A DNA stretch of 43,890 bases from the IMG/VR virus record IMGVR_UViG_2821013286_000001, positions 64,001 through 107,890 of that record, one strand, 5' to 3'. The DNA is from a virus. Lineage: Duplodnaviria; Heunggongvirae; Uroviricota; Caudoviricetes. A program made the position numbers and the translations under genes. Position 1 is the stretch's first letter, and every line of letters begins with the position of its first letter. A model generated the notes under the pieces. It did no database searches. It was not told the DNA's origin and was given only the letters and a program-made list of their open reading frames with translations. Of the stretch, positions 27,821 to 35,571 are shown in pieces.

Positions 27821-29299
27821 ATGCTGAATAATATTGACGAAGATATTTCCGTACATGCGCTCCTGGTCGAGCTGCGCGCCACAAACGCGCGTGCTGAAAA
27901 GGAAGAGATCATCAGACAGATGCTGGACATCGATCTTGGCCGCAAGGTGCTGTATCACGCATCCTCGCCGACGATCACTTACGGCATCGATCCGCGCAAG
28001 ATCGACATTTCAGACACTGATGGCCGCCGAACTATGCGTTTCCGCTGGCCGCTCGTCGTAAAGTTCCTCGATGCGTTGGCGACACGCGAGTTGTCCGGTA
28101 AGGCGGCAGAAGCTGAAGTCAGCAATATGCTTGGTACATTCCGAGACGAGGGCAGGGAACTACTCTACTCGGTTCTGCGAAAGGATCTGCGTGCCGGTAT
28201 TGGTATCAGCCTGATCAATTCGGTCGAGCCTGGCTTCATTCCGGAATTCAAGGTGATGCGTGCAAAGCCTTATGAGGCGCACCGCATCGAGGGTAAAAAG
28301 TGCTATGCGGAGTGGAAGCTCGACGGACAGCGAACTACATTCCTATGTCATGAAGGCAATGGCGGCTTTTACACCAGATCCGGCAAGCTCGTTCCGGCAC
28401 TCTCTCACGCAATCGCACCTGTGCTAATGGTCGCGCGGAATCTGGCGGCAACGATACCGGATATTCTCGGCAAGCCAGAATCTCTGTCGTTTGCTATCGA
28501 CAGCGAAGCGATCATGGGTCTGTTCTCGGAGACCGGCAAGCTTCGTCGTAAAGGCAAACAGGCTGAAGCCTGTGAGCTGCACGTTTTCGAAGTGCTATCC
28601 TATGACGAGTTCATGGGCGTCACCAAATCGCCGGACTATTCTGTTCGTCGCAAGCGCGTCGAGGAGTTCGTTCGCGCCGGCTGGAAATTACTTGAAGGAA
28701 ATCAGGCAAATCTCTTGCAAATGACGCCGCGCTTTCCAGTCAAGGATGATGCAGAGATCCAGGCTCTCTTTGAAAAGGCGCGCAACACGACACTGGCGTC
28801 TTATCTGGCTCGCGGCGACGACGAGCTGGAGCAGAAACTGCTTTTGACGACAATCGATAAGCACACCGGCGAGCCGCAGGTGCTCGAAGGTCTGATCGTG
28901 AAAACGGAAGAGGGCATCTATGAGCCACGACAGTCGTTTTCATGGTTGAAGCTCAAGCCAGAGGAAACGCTCGATCTTCGTGTGATCGGCGCGTATCCAG
29001 GTGAGCCGGAGACGAAATACGAACACTGCCTCGGTGGCATTATTGTCGATCACAATGGTGTGGCGGTGAATGTCGGCGGCGGGATCTCCGATAAGGAACG
29101 AGAAGAAATCTGGCAGGACTATATCGCGGACAAAAACGCGATGAATGATCGGTTCCTGACCGTTGAAGAATTCGTTGGTGGACGACTAATCGGCCGGCTC
29201 GCAGAAATCGAGTTTTCCGAAGTCACTCCTGACGGATCGCTGCGCCATCCGCGTTTCATTCGCTTCCGCGATGATAAAGATGGCGAGGTTGCGGACTAA
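27821..29299 (+). CDS. lig: ATP-dependent DNA ligase
   Basis: KxDG 'EWKLDGQR', 'EGLIVK', 'WLKLKP', OB-fold end 'GSLRHPRFIRFRDDK'. Confidence 0.93.
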   Translation: MLNNIDEDISVHALLVELRATNARAEKEEIIRQMLDIDLGRKVLYHASSPTITYGIDPRKIDISDTDGRRTMRFRWPLVVKFLDALATRELSGKAAEAEVSNMLGTFRDEGRELLYSVLRKDLRAGIGISLINSVEPGFIPEFKVMRAKPYEAHRIEGKKCYAEWKLDGQRTTFLCHEGNGGFYTRSGKLVPALSHAIAPVLMVARNLAATIPDILGKPESLSFAIDSEAIMGLFSETGKLRRKGKQAEACELHVFEVLSYDEFMGVTKSPDYSVRRKRVEEFVRAGWKLLEGNQANLLQMTPRFPVKDDAEIQALFEKARNTTLASYLARGDDELEQKLLLTTIDKHTGEPQVLEGLIVKTEEGIYEPRQSFSWLKLKPEETLDLRVIGAYPGEPETKYEHCLGGIIVDHNGVAVNVGGGISDKEREEIWQDYIADKNAMNDRFLTVEEFVGGRLIGRLAEIEFSEVTPDGSLRHPRFIRFRDDKDGEVAD

Positions 29300-29395
29300 C
29301 TATCTGCAATCGTTGACTTGCCGACAGTGCAGTGCCATATCATGTGTGTACTGCATTGCTTCGGCGGTGTTGTTACCTAATGTTTTTGTGAAATT

Positions 29396-29419
29396 GCTCC
29401 CCTTTTGGGGAGCCTTTTT
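29396..29419 (+). terminator. Rho-independent terminator between convergent ligase and repC
   Basis: GCTCCCC-TTTT-GGGGAGC followed by CTTTTT. Confidence 0.75.
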
Positions 29420-30501
29420 CATTCACGCCTCCGCATCTTGCGCAGCTCAGCGCTCAAATCGAAGCGACCTTCAGCCGTCATTCGCGCCAATGTCCGGAAA
29501 TAACCGCCAAAATTCTGGATCTGTTTTGTGCCAGGTTTCGGCCGCGCCTGCATTTGCACTGTGTAGAAGAACAATTTCGCCGCAAAAACAGCACCAATCT
29601 TCTCGCGCGCCTCATCCCAGGCAGCTTCACTCAATCCACACATGCCGCGCAGCTGGACGACGCGTCCCACCAGTTCGTTCTCGGTTGTTACGGGACCAGT
29701 TACGTCAGCAGCGTCTGCACAAGTCTCCACGCATTCCCGTAAGCTCGGTTCCGCCGTCAGCTTTTCCTCAAAAGCCTGCTCACAAAAATTGAAATCGTTG
29801 TTGTTATCTATGTGGCGGCAAACCGTGCCGTCAGAGGCGGTAATTCTTTCTTCTATCTGAAGCCTTAGATCGTGCCATTCAGGCAAGATATCCACAGGGT
29901 CCGCAAAGACGCGTCTCGACGGCGTTTTGCGATTGAGTGCCGCAAGTGCATTTGTCAGGTCGCTAACGTCTGAGCCTGTTTCGAGCAGCACAACCAGTCC
30001 ATCATTGATGAATTTACGGCAGAGCGTGATCTCGTCGTAAGCCTGAGCTACGCCACGCCGAACCTCGTTGATCAGATAAGATTGGTTATGGAACTCTGTG
30101 CGCTGTTGCCACATTGGAGCTAGGTCAAACCCATAGGCACGAATGATGTTTCCGGATGGATCGAACTGCGCAAAGCGTTTGCCGTTCGGTGAGCGCACAG
30201 CAGCAATGACGTTGGCTTCGCACAATGCTGCAAGCGCAAGCCGCACCGAGCGCTCCGACAGGCCGGTAGCGTCAACGAGATATTCATTGGAAGGCCAAAC
30301 GATGGCACGTTCCTCGCACAGCTTGTTGCCGTAACAGGCAGTTAGCTCTTTGAGAACTTGACGTGCCGGTGCAGACAAAGCGAGCGCCTTGCCAGCAATC
30401 GTCGCGACTTTGAGGAGTTCAGAGCGCGTGATTGGCTCCGACAATGACTCATATTCGAAGGCAACGTCAGGCCGTCGCCAGGACCGTAAAATCCTCGCCA
30501 T
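29419..30501 (-). CDS. repC: repABC-family replication initiator RepC (no adjacent repA/repB)
   Basis: 'IVWPSNEYL', 'SERSVRLALAALCEANVI..RSPNGKRF', 'AYGFDLAPM', C-terminal 'IQNFGGYFRTL...GRFDL' match RP-C and RP-C_C motifs; likely start ATG 30501 (alternatives 30540/30549). Confidence 0.9.
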   Translation of the reverse strand: MARILRSWRRPDVAFEYESLSEPITRSELLKVATIAGKALALSAPARQVLKELTACYGNKLCEERAIVWPSNEYLVDATGLSERSVRLALAALCEANVIAAVRSPNGKRFAQFDPSGNIIRAYGFDLAPMWQQRTEFHNQSYLINEVRRGVAQAYDEITLCRKFINDGLVVLLETGSDVSDLTNALAALNRKTPSRRVFADPVDILPEWHDLRLQIEERITASDGTVCRHIDNNNDFNFCEQAFEEKLTAEPSLRECVETCADAADVTGPVTTENELVGRVVQLRGMCGLSEAAWDEAREKIGAVFAAKLFFYTVQMQARPKPGTKQIQNFGGYFRTLARMTAEGRFDLSAELRKMRRRE

Positions 30502-30512
30502 AAGGTAAGTCC

Positions 30513-30529
30513 TTGTGTCAAAGACACAA
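30513..30529 (-). promoter_or_regulatory. Stem-loop in repC leader (S-element-like)
   Basis: TTGTGTC-AAA-GACACAA perfect 7-bp stem, 11 nt upstream of ATG 30501. Confidence 0.5.
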
Positions 30530-30555
30530 AAGCTCTCCATCGCCAACAAAGCTTG

Positions 30556-30584
30556 TTGACGTGATTCGCGGACTACCCTATAAA
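30556..30584 (+). promoter_or_regulatory. ctRNA promoter TTGACG-N17-TATAAA containing a GANTC site
   Basis: Hexamers at 30556-30561 and 30579-30584; TTGAC-GTGATTCG resembles, from recall, the conserved repABC ctRNA promoter; GATTC at 30563-30567. Confidence 0.78.
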
Positions 30585-30589
30585 GGAGA

Positions 30590-30676
30590 TGCCTTTAAAC
30601 GAGAGCGAACTTGTTGTTTGGGCAGTCCATATGGATTTCAAAGACCTGGAGCGCCAACTTCAGGTCTTTTGCTTTT
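30590..30676 (+). ncRNA. Counter-transcribed antisense RNA (repABC ctRNA/RepE-like), ~85 nt
   Basis: Promoter above plus terminator; antisense to the repC leader; 5' end inferred. Confidence 0.72.
30640..30676 (+). terminator. ctRNA terminator
   Basis: 12-bp stem AAAGACCTGGAG / CTTCAGGTCTTT (one G-U), loop CGCCAA, then TGCTTTT. Confidence 0.75.
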
Positions 30677-30890
30677 ATGCCGTTTTCTTTTCAGTTTCCG
30701 TAGCGGTTAATTCCTCAATCAGTGATTTCAACGCCTCACCCCTGCCGGACAAGTTCCGAGCGCGTCTGACTTCATCCAATTTTTCTTTTGTGTCTGCATC
30801 GACCCAAAAGCTCAGCTGGACGAGATTGTTCTGTTCAGCGCGGACACGGTACTTACGCTTGTACTCACGCCAGGGAGTTGCGGTACTCAT
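30675..30890 (-). CDS. Small ribbon-helix-helix (CopG-like) protein upstream of repC
   Basis: 71 aa from ATG 30890 with GGAG RBS; 'VQLSFWVDADTKEKLDEVRRARNLSGRGEALKSLIEE' fits the beta-helix-helix pattern. Confidence 0.6.
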   Translation of the reverse strand: MSTATPWREYKRKYRVRAEQNNLVQLSFWVDADTKEKLDEVRRARNLSGRGEALKSLIEELTATETEKKTA

Positions 30891-30922
30891 CTGTTTCACA
30901 CTCCGTAAACCATAAGTGCATC

Positions 30923-30970
30923 TAGTCCAAACCACGATTCTCGTGATTCTGCCAAGCACATTTTGGACTA
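30923..30970. repeat. 9-bp inverted repeat TAGTCCAAA/TTTGGACTA enclosing CACGA-TTC-TCGTG and two GANTC sites
   Basis: Arms 30923-30931 and 30962-30970; GATTC at 30936-30940 and 30945-30949. Confidence 0.6.
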
Positions 30971-31031
30971 TTCACGTTTTTCGCTTAATTCTGGATTTTC
31001 TCCTTAAATAAGCCGTTATTCAAAAAAGTAG

Positions 31032-31045
31032 GGTAAAGATTTACA
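31032..31045. promoter_or_regulatory. Variant operator-like motif GGTAAAGATTTACA
   Basis: One mismatch to the core, in the divergent AT-rich control region. Confidence 0.45.
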
Positions 31046-31097
31046 AGATAATTATCCGTAAGTATTTGATTTTCCGTATTTAACATTCTGTGATGAA

Positions 31098-31133
31098 AAT
31101 AAATATTGACATTATTCGCTCTCATCCTATGTT
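31098..31133 (+). promoter_or_regulatory. Putative repressor promoter TTGACA-N16-TATGTT overlapped by variant motif AATAAATATTGACA
   Basis: TTGACA 31106-31111 forms the right end of the motif; TATGTT at 31128-31133. Confidence 0.55.
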
Positions 31134-31248
31134 CGCGAATAACAAAAATATAAAAGCCACGGCACACCCGACACGCTCGTACTTATAAGCTCATTAATCA
31201 ATCAAGAGATTGAGAATTGTAATGCGAGAGGAATAAATGAGGTAAATT

Positions 31249-31665
31249 ATGGTAAGTGGGACGCAACAGGGCGTTAAGGAGTTTTCTAGGTTTTTAAGCC
31301 AGGCTCTGGATAACGTATCGAACAAATATTCGCAGCAGGAAATCGGGTACGCTCTCGGCTGGACATCGCCGAGTATCCTATCCACCTTGAAGGCTGGTCG
31401 AGCAAAAGTTCCACTCGATAAAATCGCACCGCTCTCACGCTATCTTGGCGTAGATCGTTCGCGTCTGTTTCGAATGGCTCTCGCTCAGTATTATGAAGGC
31501 GAAGCTCTGGCAAACATCGCCGAGTGCCTCAATGAGTTGCCGGATGACGAGGAAAAGCTTCTTCGCAAGTACCGGTTGCTGAAGGATAAGGCCGGCGCCT
31601 CCTCCAAGGTTGATCTTGACGAGGTGTTGAATGCTCTCGCTGAGTCCAAAGAAGCCTCTGTATAA
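31249..31665 (+). CDS. XRE/Cro-C1 HTH transcriptional regulator (candidate repressor)
   Basis: 'YSQQEIGYALGWTSPSILSTLKAGRAKVPLDKIAPLSRYLGVD'; GAGG RBS; divergent from RHH-repC; followed by hairpins. Confidence 0.82.
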   Translation: MVSGTQQGVKEFSRFLSQALDNVSNKYSQQEIGYALGWTSPSILSTLKAGRAKVPLDKIAPLSRYLGVDRSRLFRMALAQYYEGEALANIAECLNELPDDEEKLLRKYRLLKDKAGASSKVDLDEVLNALAESKEASV

Positions 31666-31670
31666 CTGAC

Positions 31671-31740
31671 ACTGGCTATTGCCTACCGAGTTCGGTAGGC
31701 ACTGCCGGTTTATACCCAACTGCTATGTTGGGTATTTTAT
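31671..31740 (+). terminator. Tandem hairpins/terminator after XRE gene
   Basis: TGCCTACCG/CGGTAGGCA stem (31680-31701) and ATACCCAAC/GTTGGGTAT (31712-31735) followed by TTTAT. Confidence 0.7.
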
Positions 31741-31754
31741 TCCTCTCTAATGTG

Positions 31755-31768
31755 AATAAATATTTACA
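31755..31768. promoter_or_regulatory. Operator-like motif AATAAATATTTACA
   Basis: Identical to the 25841 copy, including the following CAA. Confidence 0.7.
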
Positions 31769-31797
31769 CAACCCAAGAAAGTTCTGGAGTACATCCG

Positions 31798-32004
31798 ATG
31801 AGAGAGCAGCATTCCTCCGTCCTCGCACGTAACGAAAGCATTCTGTCTGCCGAACAGGCGTTTGCTGTCCTGGATGGAATGGCGGATCAACGCGAACTGC
31901 ATATCAATGGGGGAACGATATACGCGGGGCAACATTCAGAGTTCGGCAGGATCAGGCTGATCCTGACAAACACAGGTGATGGGGTAATGATACAGTCCAA
32001 TTGA
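31798..32004 (+). CDS. Small hypothetical protein
   Basis: 68 aa, GGAG RBS, downstream of a motif copy. Confidence 0.5.
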   Translation: MREQHSSVLARNESILSAEQAFAVLDGMADQRELHINGGTIYAGQHSEFGRIRLILTNTGDGVMIQSN

Positions 32005-32038
32005 TAGCCACGACGTTCTTTGTTTAACTTCAAATATC

Positions 32039-32052
32039 AATAAACATTCATA
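32039..32052. promoter_or_regulatory. Variant operator-like motif AATAAACATTCATA
   Basis: One mismatch; 17 nt before ATG 32070. Confidence 0.55.
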
Positions 32053-32069
32053 CAATACGAGGTAACAGA

Positions 32070-34202
32070 ATGAACATCCACACGTCAGCCGGTGCGCTCA
32101 ACGAACTGAAGGAGGTTATTCAGAAGGTCGTTCCGCTGATCGTCGGTAAGGGAATTCGAGTGACACAGCGCGGCTCCCAAGCTTTCGTGCAAATTGACCC
32201 GAAGACGCGGAAGCCGGAATTCGTGAACATTCCGAACGTTTCAGACAACGCTTCTCCTGATTTTATTGCGGCATTGAACGGCTTCATTGATCACGAATGC
32301 GCTCACATACTCTTTTCCGACTTTGATGTTTATGGTGGCTCGCTCGATCGTGCGGCCGAAACTGGCGGACTGCTGCCGATGCTCCACAATATCGTTGAAG
32401 ATACGATGATCGAGCGGCTAATGGTCGAACAGTTTCCTGGCTCTGCAAAGAACCTGTCCGAGCTTCGCAAGCGTTACCTTCTCAATATCACTGCACAGGC
32501 ACTGAAAACGACCAGCTCGCCGGAAGAAGCATTCCGGTGCCTGGCCGTGCCAATGGTTCGCGCACTGGCTGGTAACAGCGAAATGCGCGACTTCATGGAC
32601 GCTGGCAAGCATTGGGATAATCCCGTCGTGAAGTACATCATGGACACGCTTTCCAAGAAGTCCATGCAGCTGATTGCCAAGGCGCGCGATTCCAAACAGA
32701 CGCTGGCTGTTGCCGAGGAGCTTTACAAGCTGCTCAAGCCAAATGAACCCAAGCCGCCGCAGGAAAGCGACGAGGAAGGTGAAGGCTCTGGAGCGTCCTC
32801 ACCTGCACCGAAAGGCGCAGAAGGTAAAAAAGGAAAGGGTGAGAAAGGCGAGGCTGACAGCGAAGCTTCCGCAGGCGGCGGTTCGAAAGATGAAGACGGT
32901 GAGGAAGAATCTGATGGCAAGGGTTCCTCTGGAGGCGCACCTAGCGATGGCGAGGAAGAAGGTGAAGCAGAGGGCGACGAAAACGACGATGCTGATGAGG
33001 ATTCCTCTGACGCGGCGGAAGGTGATGCCGAAGATGAAGATGAAAGCGACGGCGATGGCGACAGCGAAGATCCGTCCGATGGTGAAAAAGGCGCTACTGG
33101 CGGCTCTCCTTCGAAGTCCAACTTCTTCGACGCCGATAATAGCGGTGAACGTGATACGGATAATACCGGCGTAGGATCTGGCGCGTCCTCTGAGACGATG
33201 TTTGATTTTGACGAGAACTCGCTTGATGGCGTTGATTTCAGCGAAACGCTCGCTAACGAGATCGAGAAAGAGGCAGTCGAAATGATGAATGCCTCTGACT
33301 ACAACGTCTACACCACGGAGTTTGACCAAATCGAACCGCCAAAGGTTCCAAGCGATTATCGCGAGAAGGAATCCGCACGCGACATGTCGGCGATGGACGA
33401 ACAAACATCACAAATGACGGGCCGGATGTCCAAGGACATTGAGCGCGTTATGGCTTCTCGGTCCTACAACATTCGCATACCTGGCTACCGCAAAGGCAAG
33501 CTTCACACGTCCTCGCTGCATCGCGTCGTACAAGGCGATATGCGCGTTTTCACGCAGAAGCAGGAAAAGGTGTCGACGGAAACGGCAGTCTCCTTGCTGA
33601 TCGATAATTCCGGCTCGATGGGCGGCGCGAAGATGCGCCTTGCAATGCTCTCTGGCTACGCTCTGTCGCGAACGCTGGATCGTTTGAAAATTGCGCATGA
33701 AGTGCTCGGCTTCACGACTGGCGGATGGGGCGGTCATCGCATTCCGCAGGACGTTCTGCAGGCAATGTATGAGGAAGCACGTACGTCAGGCATTCAGTAT
33801 GACCGCGACTTTCCGCTCGCGATGCCGATCTACAAGTCCTTTGCCGAACGGCTCGATACGACCGTCAAGGAGCGCATTGCGTTCGCCATGAACAAACAAA
33901 AAGGTCTCAACGGCAACATTGACGGCGAATGTGTGCGTATTGCGGCTAACCGGCTGCATCAGCGCATGGAAAAGCGCAAGGTTATGCTCGTTCTGTCCGA
34001 TGGTTGGCCGGCTGGCAGCTCGCGGTCAGGTCCGCACCTGAAAACGACCGTTGAACAGGTCACAAAGGAAGGTATCGACTGCGTGGGTATCGGTATTATG
34101 GATAAGTCGGTTTCAGCCTACTATCCAAACCATACGGTTCTCAACAATATCGAGGACCTTCCCGGTCAGGTAATGAACGAATTGAAGAAGATCCTCCTTT
34201 GA
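32070..34202 (+). CDS. cobT: CobT-like protein: HExxH N-terminus, acidic linker, C-terminal vWA
   Basis: 'GFIDHECAHILF..HNIVEDTMIE'; long D/E/G/S linker; MIDAS 'LIDNSGSMGG', 'EVLGFTT', 'LVLSDGWP'. Confidence 0.8.
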   Translation: MNIHTSAGALNELKEVIQKVVPLIVGKGIRVTQRGSQAFVQIDPKTRKPEFVNIPNVSDNASPDFIAALNGFIDHECAHILFSDFDVYGGSLDRAAETGGLLPMLHNIVEDTMIERLMVEQFPGSAKNLSELRKRYLLNITAQALKTTSSPEEAFRCLAVPMVRALAGNSEMRDFMDAGKHWDNPVVKYIMDTLSKKSMQLIAKARDSKQTLAVAEELYKLLKPNEPKPPQESDEEGEGSGASSPAPKGAEGKKGKGEKGEADSEASAGGGSKDEDGEEESDGKGSSGGAPSDGEEEGEAEGDENDDADEDSSDAAEGDAEDEDESDGDGDSEDPSDGEKGATGGSPSKSNFFDADNSGERDTDNTGVGSGASSETMFDFDENSLDGVDFSETLANEIEKEAVEMMNASDYNVYTTEFDQIEPPKVPSDYREKESARDMSAMDEQTSQMTGRMSKDIERVMASRSYNIRIPGYRKGKLHTSSLHRVVQGDMRVFTQKQEKVSTETAVSLLIDNSGSMGGAKMRLAMLSGYALSRTLDRLKIAHEVLGFTTGGWGGHRIPQDVLQAMYEEARTSGIQYDRDFPLAMPIYKSFAERLDTTVKERIAFAMNKQKGLNGNIDGECVRIAANRLHQRMEKRKVMLVLSDGWPAGSSRSGPHLKTTVEQVTKEGIDCVGIGIMDKSVSAYYPNHTVLNNIEDLPGQVMNELKKILL

Positions 34203-34235
34203 GGGTCTTCAGGCTTGCATTTATCCAGAAATGTA

Positions 34236-34249
34236 AATAAACGTTTATA
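34236..34249. promoter_or_regulatory. Operator-like motif AATAAACGTTTATA
   Basis: Exact core; TTGCAT at 34215 would put a -10 inside the motif. Confidence 0.7.
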
Positions 34250-34329
34250 TATCCAGTAGCTACCCACGTAGCACTCGATTATAAATAATCATCAACAAAA
34301 ACAATGACTTTCACAAAAACGAGGTAATA

Positions 34330-35571
34330 ATGAGCGCGGTAGCGGAACAACTTCCTACAATCAACGACAAAATCAAGTGCATGATCGACGGCGCAATGGT
34401 GCATTCCGTTGCGCGCCATATCACCGACAATTATGCGGCTGAATGGAGCATCGAGCGCTACCAGAAGGAATTTCCAGATGAGCCGCTTTTCTCGCCGTTT
34501 GCGATGAACCGCGCAAAGGCTTTGAAGGAAAAGCAGGCAGCCGAAAAGAAGCAGGAAGTCGTGCAGGAAGAGACGACCAAGGCTGTTGTGGCCGGAGCTT
34601 CGCAAAAAGGCGTGCTGATCGGCTCTAAGCTGAAGATGGATCGTCGTCCGCTGCATGAAGTCTTCGAGCTTCCGGACAGCGACGCCGTTCGCAACTCGCA
34701 TGGTCATCCAATACTGACGCCGACGTTTACCGGACATGATGACGTTCACAAGCTCTACCTTCCCGCTGTCGATACGGACTATGTGTTCAATATCGACCTG
34801 ATGAAGAAGGTCATCATGGGTTTGATCCTCAATATGCCGACCTTGCTTTGGGGATATCACGGCACAGGCAAAACGACCGTCATTTCGCAGGTAGCGGCTC
34901 GCACTGGTCGTCCAACCATGCGTGTGCAGCATACAATGAACATGCAGGAGTCGGACGTGCTCGGTCAGTACACGGTTCAGGACGGCGCAACCGTGTTCGA
35001 ACTTGGACCGTTGCCGCTCGCCATGATCAACGGTTGGGTTTATATCGCCGACGAATACGATTTCGCGATGCCTGCGGTTACTGCGCTCTATCAGCCGGTT
35101 CTCGAAGGCGAAGCGCTGATCATCAAGGACGCGCCAATTCATCTGCGCAAAATCGTGCCGCACGAGAATTTCCGTTTCTTTGCGACCGGCAACACGAACG
35201 GCATTGGCGACGAAACCGGTCTCTATCAAGGGACCAATATGCAGAACGCGGCAAATTACTCTCGCTTCCAGATCACCGAGGAAGTGAAGTACATGGACAA
35301 GAAGATCGAGCAGGCGATTGTTCGTTCGAAGTCCAAGGTTGACGAAAAGACGGCTGAAAAGCTCGTTCGTTTCGCAGGCAACATTCGTGAGGCTTTTGGC
35401 AATCAGAAGCTCTCTTCCACCATGTCGCCGCGTGAAGTGATCTCCGCTGCAAAGCTTGGTCTAGCGATCGGTGCCGACTGGCACGGCGGTTTGCGCCTGG
35501 CATTCATCAATCGTCTGAGCCGTGTTGACCAGAAGGCAGCAAATGACTTTGCACAGCGCATCTTTGCCTAG
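34330..35571 (+). CDS. cobS: CobS-like MoxR-family AAA+ ATPase
   Basis: 'LWGYHGTGKTT', 'YIADEYD', 'FRFFATGNTNG..YQGTNMQNAANYSRF', 'SPRE'. Confidence 0.85.
   Translation: MSAVAEQLPTINDKIKCMIDGAMVHSVARHITDNYAAEWSIERYQKEFPDEPLFSPFAMNRAKALKEKQAAEKKQEVVQEETTKAVVAGASQKGVLIGSKLKMDRRPLHEVFELPDSDAVRNSHGHPILTPTFTGHDDVHKLYLPAVDTDYVFNIDLMKKVIMGLILNMPTLLWGYHGTGKTTVISQVAARTGRPTMRVQHTMNMQESDVLGQYTVQDGATVFELGPLPLAMINGWVYIADEYDFAMPAVTALYQPVLEGEALIIKDAPIHLRKIVPHENFRFFATGNTNGIGDETGLYQGTNMQNAANYSRFQITEEVKYMDKKIEQAIVRSKSKVDEKTAEKLVRFAGNIREAFGNQKLSSTMSPREVISAAKLGLAIGADWHGGLRLAFINRLSRVDQKAANDFAQRIFA

Noticed and set aside
29271-29792. + strand 173-aa ORF antisense to repC
   Set aside because: Overlaps the ligase end, crosses the terminator at 29396-29419 and has no recognisable motif; shadow ORF
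30589-30915. + strand 108-aa ORF with AAGGAG right before its ATG
   Set aside because: The SD abuts the ATG with no spacing and overlaps the -10 box, so it would not be in the transcript. The ORF crosses a strong terminator and is antisense to the RHH gene. The ctRNA explains the region better.
32070-35571. Cobalamin biosynthesis locus
   Set aside because: No cobN or other cob genes in the window; the context is phage replication, so cobS/cobT are homology labels only
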